From NCBI RefSeq assembly GCF_009914755.1, contig NC_060938.1: a stretch of DNA of 64,000 bases. One strand, given 5' to 3'. The stretch is from the human T2T-CHM13v2.0 reference genome, Homo sapiens. Shown here in pieces: positions 51,701-64,000 of the stretch (the first letter of the stretch is position 1; every line of letters begins with the position of its first letter). The position numbers and the translations under genes are program-made. The notes beneath the pieces were generated by a model that searched no databases, had not been told where the DNA came from, and saw nothing but the letters and a program-made list of their open reading frames with translations.

Positions 51701-52204
51701 TAGTAGAAAGGGGGTTTCACCATGTTGGCCAGGCTAGTCTCAAACACCTGACCTCAAGTGATCCACCCGCCTCGGCCTCCCAAAGTGCTGGAATTACAGG
51801 CGTGAGCCACCACGCCTGGCTGTAAATCTCCCTCTTAAAGAAAGAAAAAACAGGACCCAGTCTCAGAACCTTCCATGCGTAATAGTCTCTAGCTAAGGAA
51901 TAATAGGCGATTTTATTTGTTGAGAGGCAGTACAGGCTTTGTGGTTATGAGAAGGAGCTCTAGCGTAAACTGGCCAGGTGTTAGGCCTGCTGTCACTCAC
52001 CAACTGTGTATAACCAATTACTACATCTCTTGGTGCCTCCGTTTCCTCATCTGTAAATGAGGATGTTAACAGTACTTAACTCATGGAGTTGGTGTAAGGA
52101 TTAAGTGAACTAATCCATACAGAGTACTCTGAACTTTGGTATATAACAAATAGTAGTGTTATTGTGTATCTATTTTTGTGTTTTGTTTTGGTAATTTTCT
52201 ACCT

Positions 52205-52321
52205 CTGGGGGGAGGTCCCATTCAGGTGCCCCCCCCGCCCCTTGCAAGAGAGAGAGAGCTGTTCTTTCTCTTTCTTTTGCCTATCAAACCTCTGCTCCTA
52301 AACGCCCCCCGAACAAAAAAC
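52205..52321 (+). mobile_element. Short ERV-LTR 3' fragment with A-rich tail and flanking direct repeats
   Basis: gagagagctgttctttctcttt cttttgcctatcaaacctctgctcctaaac resembles the ERV1 LTR poly(A)-signal region; direct repeat tttctacct on both sides. Confidence 0.55.
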
Positions 52322-52755
52322 AATTTCTACCTGTGATACTAGTTTTCCGCTTATAGTGATAACAAAAAGTTTCCTCTATGAATAAATTAATTTAAATAAG
52401 AAAAAAACAGTGAGTCAATGTTAAGAAAAGCATAAAGGCTGTCCAGATTAAGTGAGACTCAACATGACACCAACTCACCAGGGCTGAGCCACACCAGCCA
52501 GAAATGAGTGCCTGGTTTTTCTCCTAGCTGAGGACCGGGCACTTTTTTTACTATCACATATGACTTCCCCATATTTGCACTCCTGGCAAGATGAAAGCAT
52601 CTGACAGGTGCGGACTCCATTCGTGTGCTTCCGCTTCTTATAACCTCTTTCCACCCAGATTTCCAATCACCAGCACCACAAAAGCTGGCGAACTGAGTGT
52701 TCTCACCACCCACTGGCACCCCAATGAGAAGCCCTTGGGGCACAAGCCAACTGAC

Positions 52756-52970
52756 CTTCAGGGCTTTGAAGATGACTCCCGGGTGCCGGGGAGAACGGGT
52801 GGTGTTATTCTCTAGTAGCTGCTCCAAAGCACGCCGAAGCCCAGAAAAGTCCGTGGGAGGGTTGTAAGTCCTCGTTCCCTTGTAGTGAATGGAACTAAAG
52901 GCTTCAGGGAAACGGCCCAGCTTCCGGAACCGGTCCTGGATGAGCTTCTCTGGCACCTCTGAGGGATGAT
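52756..52970 (-). CDS. ZFYVE1: ZFYVE1 exon: (D)[14 protein letters not shown]...[10 protein letters not shown]
   Basis: gtatAG / GTCAGT boundaries; ORF 52459..53097. Confidence 0.95.
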
Positions 52971-53148
52971 CTATACAAGCAGAAACACAGGCACATGGGT
53001 AGTGAGTGACATTTAAAAAAAAAAAAAAAAGTAGGCCAGGCACGGTGGCCCACACCTGTAACCCTAGCACTTTGGGAGGCCAAGGTGGGTGGATCACCCG
53101 AGGTCAGGAGTTCAGCCTGGCCAACATGGTGAAACCCTGTCTCTACTA

Positions 53149-53277
<129 letters not shown>

Positions 53278-53517
53278 CTATAGCCTGGGAGACAAAAGTG
53301 ACTCTATCTCAAACAACAACAACAAAAATCTTTCATTATAAAAGTAAGATACGAGGCTGGGTGCGGTGGCTCACACCTGTAATCCCAGCATTATGGGAGG
53401 CCGAGGCAGGTGGATCACCAGGTCAAGAGATGGAGACCATCCTGGCAACATGGTGAAATGCCATCTCTACTAAAAATACTAGCCAAGCGTGGTGGCAGGT
53501 GCCTGTAATCCCAGCTA

Positions 53518-53977
<460 letters not shown>

Positions 53978-54723
53978 TCAATGTACATGAAGTACATAAG
54001 CAGGCAGAGCTGATCTATGCTGTGAGAACTCAGGTTACCCTTTCCTGGTAAAGGACATGAGGAGGGCTTCTATGAGGAGGGCTGGTGTCCTATGGTCTAG
54101 CATTGAGTACGCAGGGGCATTCAGGCAGTGAAAACTCATCACATGATACCTTGATATGATACGCACTGTTCTGTATGCACATTACACTTCAAGGAGGAGT
54201 CTTTTTTCCCAAAAACCCATTCACTGGAAAAATCTAGATATGCCAAAGCATAAAAGGAAAGAAATTATGTCCTCTGCTCTCACCTACTTCCCGAAAGTAA
54301 CCACAGCTCAATATTGGCCCTTTCAGACATTTTTCCTACAGACTTAGCAACATATATATGCAACTTGCTCTTTTCTCACTTAATAACATACTGTAAGTAC
54401 CTGTCCTTGTCACAATACACTCAAAAGCAGCAATACAGTCTTCGATCCTGTGGATATACTTAACTAATCACCTTCCTGATGAACTTTTACAATTCTCTGT
54501 ACTTTGAAAATTCTGGTCTTTTGTGAGGAAGCTCTGGGCAAACTACCAATGTATAAGGGTATTTGCTTGCCCACACTCTCATCATTTGTCCAGAAACTTG
54601 GGCAGCCATAGCACAGATGGATTCAATAAATGTATCGGTGATAAAGGTTGAAAGGACTTTTTAATTTCCTTTTTATTTATTTATTTATTTATTTACTTAC
54701 TTACTTAATTACTTACTTTTTGA

Positions 54724-54831
<108 letters not shown>

Positions 54832-55479
54832 TGAGTAGCTGGGATTACAGGTGCCCACCACCATACACTTGACTAATTGTTGTATTTTTAGTAGAGACAG
54901 GGTTTCACCATGTTGGCCAGGCTGGTCTCAAACCCCAAACCTCAAGTGATCCGCCCACCTTGGCCTCCCAAAGAGCTGGGACCACAGGTATGTACCACTG
55001 CAACTGGCTAACTTTTTAATGTTTTTGTAGAGTCAGAGTCTTGCTATTTTGCCCAGGCTGGTCTCAAACTCCTGGGCTCTAGTGATCCTCCCGCCTCAAT
55101 GTCCCAAAGTGCTGGGACTATAGGCATAAGTCATCGTGCTCAGCCTAAAATACAATAACTTTTCAGGGGCTGGTTACTTCAAAATCCTGAACTGGCAATT
55201 AAACCTTCCCCTCACTAAAACTGTAAAGATCCAAAGTGGCATAAAAGTATTGATCACAGGAGGCAGCTGAAAGTCAGCATTTGTCACCTCCTCTCCTTAT
55301 CTTCGAGGCACTTGCTAATTAATCTGCTCCTTCACTGGGGAACATTTACATGTATTATCTTCTATAGGGCATGTGTCATTGGTACCACCAGAATCAACTG
55401 GTGCCAGGTCCTTCAGATTCAACCTCCTTTATGGCCTACTCTGTGCACTTCCCTCCTACTGCCACTGCCCTGGCTGAAT

Positions 55480-57310
55480 CCCAACCACTTCTCACTTGAG
55501 TGACTTGATATCCTGCTGACTGGTCCCCCTGCCTCAGTCATCCTGCAATAGGCTGCCAGGGAATCTTTTGAAAATATAGATCTGGCCATCTAACTCTCTG
55601 CTTAAGATCCTTCATGGACTCCTGCCATACTTGAGAACTGAGTCAAGGCCACCCATGATCTGATCCCTGAGTCTCTCCATCATTCCCTCCCACACAAGCC
55701 ATGCTTCAAACATGGCAGTCGGGGTGGCAGGGGAGGGGCTGCATTCAGTGGGCAGGGGGAGAATGAAAAGGGGTAACTAGAGGAGGTCAGAGACAAAGGT
55801 AGGAGTTAAAGTGATGGCACTACATTTAGGAGTTTGGATTTTGATGTAGTCAAAAGCCACTGACAAGGCTGCAAGCAGAAGTATACATGATCTGAAGTGT
55901 AAATTAAGCTTTTGAAAAGATCACATTGGATGCTACATGGAGAATGCATTGAAGGGAGTTAGAATGGAATTTTGGAAGTTATTGCAGAACTACTTCCCTT
56001 GTCTCTTTTTTCTTTCCTTCTTTTTTTGAGACAGGGTCTCACTATTGCCCAGGCTGGAGTGCAATAACACGATCACAGCTCACTGCAGCCTCAACCTCTC
56101 AGGCTCAAGGGATCCTCCTGCCTTGGCCTCCCAAAGTGCTGAGATTACAGGTGTGAGCCACCACACCCAGCCCTACCTGCAGTTCTCTGAACGCAATTTG
56201 TTCCTTGAAGCTACTAGGAGTTTGCTCTTCCTAGAGCATCTTCTTCCCCTCCTCCATCTAGCCAAGTCTCTCAGAGCTCAAATGTCGCCTCTTCTTTCCT
56301 AGATTCCATAAGGTGTAGTGTCCTTGCTCTGGACTCCCACAGCACCGTACCTGTAAGTACGGAGGTATGCACAGAACACCGTGCAGTCGCCCCAACTAGA
56401 CTGTGAGCTCTTCAAAGACAGGAAGTGTTTTTTCTGCTCTGTGCCTCAGTGCTCAGCACATGACATATGCACTCAATAAACTTTGATGACCGAATGAACA
56501 AGTGAAGATTGCAATTGTTTCAGGAGCCAAATTTACTGCTCCCCTCCTATCTAATCTGTTATTGCACCTTTCCCCCATCCTCCTACCACTCAGGTGACAA
56601 TCTTGCTTCCTATTTCTCTAAGAAAACAAATAAGAACTTACACACACACGTCCCATGTCCACATCCATCTTCTTATCTGCGACCGTGTCCATATTGTCTA
56701 CTTTCTTTCCCATTGTTATGGATGAACTGTCCGTGGTCCTAAGGCCGACCCTTCCACTCATGCATCACTCCAACTGTTCCTGCTCTCTTACATCTACATT
56801 CTTCCCTCTCTAATGAATCATTCTCATCAGTACATAAATATCTGCAATACGTCACATCTTAAATTTTAAAAAAGAAAAATCCCTTGAAATCCCACATCAG
56901 CCTCCAGCTACAATCTCATTGTTCTTCTTTGCTTTACAGAACTCTGTCAAAGAATTGAATAAAGTAATTCTTCTCCTAATCTTATTTTTTTTTTAGAGAC
57001 ATAGCCTCACTATGTTGCCCAGGCTGATCTCTAACTCTTGGGCTCAAGGGATTCTCCCACATGAGCCTCCCAGGTAGCTAGAATTACAGGCACTTGCCAC
57101 TGTACCTGGCTTCCTCCTATTTTCTCTTGATCTCACTCTGATCAAGCTTTTACCCCCCACCATCTCAGGGAACAGGTCTTATCCAGATCACTAAGGACTT
57201 ATATATTGCCAAAGCCAATTGGCAATTCTCAATCCTTATGCTAGTTGACCTATAAGCAGATTGACATGTTTGATCACTCCATCCTCCTTGAAACACTTTC
57301 TATGTCTTCT
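55480..57310. mobile_element. Degenerate L2 fragments interrupted by Alus
   Basis: L2-like motifs including the 3' end (ctagactgtgagctc...gcactcaataaa...gaatgaac); bounds approximate. Confidence 0.55.
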
Positions 57311-57424
57311 TTGGACAGAAATCTTTCTGGGCAATCCACTACCAACAAGTTGCTATTGCAGACCAAATAGCTGCCTCCTTGTACCCATAAAGGTTGAGCT
57401 GTGACACTGTACCCCATCTCTCAC

Positions 57425-57929
57425 CAGAGCCCAGTAGCTGGGTGTGCACGGTCTCATGGAAGATGATAACTGCAGGGCCCAGTGTGGATAAAGGGACATC
57501 CAGGCCACAGCGAGCAGTGGTGGCCTTGAGCTCCTTGGTGAAGTGCTTCAGATAAGCTTCTGAGGCATCCCCAAGGAATTTGAAGAGGTCGTTATGCAGC
57601 CGGTCTGCATGAGTTCGATAGATGACGAGGTCTGAGATGGCCAGGACCTTAAGCAGCAGCCGTGTTCTCTGGCTTAGATTCACGGTGGCCCCCAGGAGCC
57701 CTTCCGTATCGATCACTGCTACTTTGTGAACTGGGTCATAGGCTGCCCACACTCCCACAGTGCAGGACTCCTGGGTCGGGGAGGTTTTAAAGACTTCACG
57801 ACCATAAAAGAAAGTGTGGTTGAGAGTATGAGACTTTCCATCACCAGTATTTCCAAAAATGGAAACCACTTTCAGATGCTGATCAGGTTTGCAGTCCAAT
57901 TTTCTAATAAAGTCTTCTTCATTTGTTAC
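57425..57929 (-). CDS. ZFYVE1: ZFYVE1 exon: P-loop NTPase domain VTNEEDF...GNTGDGKS...DTEG...TQLLGS
   Basis: (T)16gcAG / GTGAGA boundaries; Walker A at 57831-57854; ORF 57339..57935. The N-terminal exon(s) lie outside the window. Confidence 0.96.
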
Positions 57930-58189
57930 CTGCAAAAAAAAAAAAAAAAGACCATGAAATACAGAAACTGTAAAAGCACTAGAAACACCTACAAGAAGAA
58001 GTGCTTCCCAAGGACAAGGAACTTGATTGAATTGTCAAAGAAAGGAAGTCACAGGATAATAGCTCCCCACCTCCACCCTTAGCAAACAGCTCAAAGGAAC
58101 CTCTGAAGCTTTAGTCAGGGAAATAACTTAGTGGCCAAAAGAGCTAAAACTATAAAAAGAAAAAGAAAAGAAAAGAAAAGAAAAAAACA

Positions 58190-62045
<3,856 letters not shown>

Positions 62046-62077
62046 ACAGTTTTTGGTTTTGGTTTTGTTTTTTTTGA

Positions 62078-62594
<517 letters not shown>

Positions 62595-62597
62595 TGA

Positions 62598-62912
<315 letters not shown>

Positions 62913-63221
62913 TGATCTGCCTCTCCACCTCCCAAAGTGCTGGGACTATAGAGGTGAACACCTTGCTGATTCTCAAGAGTCTGCTGGTTTGATAACAGAG
63001 AAATATACAGACCACTCAGTGTGAAAATATGATAAACCTTTGTTTCCTATAATCTCATCAAGATAGTAAACCAAATCCCCGTGCTTTGGGAGGCCAAGAC
63101 GGGAGGATCGCTTGAGCCCTGGAATTCAAGACTACCTTAAGCAACATAGCAAGACCCCAACTCTACAAAATCAAAAAATTAGCTGGGCGTAGTGGTTCAC
63201 GCCTATAGTCCTAGCTACTCA

Positions 63222-63320
<99 letters not shown>

Positions 63321-64000
63321 CTAACTGGAAAAAAAAAAAAGTAAACCACTCATTATTATATTAATGACATCACTATTGTTTCATTATTAAGAGCCTGAAT
63401 ATTCCTGATAATACTAACAGTTCACTGAATGCCGGCTGCAGTGACAGTGCCCTTCACTACAGCCATGAGGGCAGGGCCGTGTCTACCTTATCTTTACATG
63501 CAGAGCACTCAGGACACCGCCTGGCACACAGGAGGAGCTCAGTGTACAGCTGCTGAGTGAATGAGTGAGTGAATAAACGCCAGGCACCTTGTTAGGTACC
63601 CAGGTACCTTAAACGCTTCTCCCATCATACATCTTCCACAGGGCTGAACACACAGCAGCATTTCATAAACTTGGTGATGGGCTAACCGATCTAGCAGACA
63701 ACGGAGAGAAACAAGAAGTTACACAGAATAGCCCATTTTGGACCCGTGTCACTCAGCCAGCCTGGTTCCAAGCTGCTAAGTCGGCCAGCAAGAGAAACAA
63801 AACAAAAGCTCCGTAAAGCTCTACCGGCACGGAGTCAGGTGAGCTCAGGGTGGCTGCTGGAAGAGCCATCCACCTGCTCCACCAGGCCTGGTATGGAAGA
63901 CCAGGCCTAGGGATTTTCTCCCCATGGAAATCTACTCTGTCGCGACTCTTTACAAACAAAACAGCCACTGCTATCCTGAGTATCTAAGAGCAGGCACCTG

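Overview
Alu-dense primate (almost certainly human, 14q24.2) genomic DNA with two convergent protein-coding genes and a tRNA gene between them. Plus strand, 1-~19260: the 3' part of DCAF4/WDR21A, a CUL4-DDB1 substrate receptor. I reconstructed 11 coding exons (the first partial) with consistent splice phases, ending at stop 18408-18410 with AATAAA at 19233. One DCAF4 intron (6820-11424) is a clear U12-type minor-spliceosome intron and contains a strong CTCF motif. A tRNA-Cys(GCA) gene lies at 22588-22659 (+). Minus strand, ~29255 to beyond 64000: ZFYVE1/DFCP1, 10 coding exons encoding a GBP/atlastin-like P-loop NTPase domain, a Cys/His-rich region and tandem FYVE fingers. The rest is Alu, L1, L2, MIR, MER5 and MaLR repeats; most of the supplied ORF track is Alu artefact. 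I see no wholly new biological system. The best leads are splicing logic around the DCAF4 minor intron, isoform-generating splice sites in both genes, and several unusual retro-insertions (a twin-primed L1, an L1-mobilised LTR fragment, and a ~1.2 kb orphan insert carrying a 5S rRNA fragment). Exon and residue numbers are inferred from recalled 495-aa DCAF4 and 777-aa ZFYVE1 proteins.
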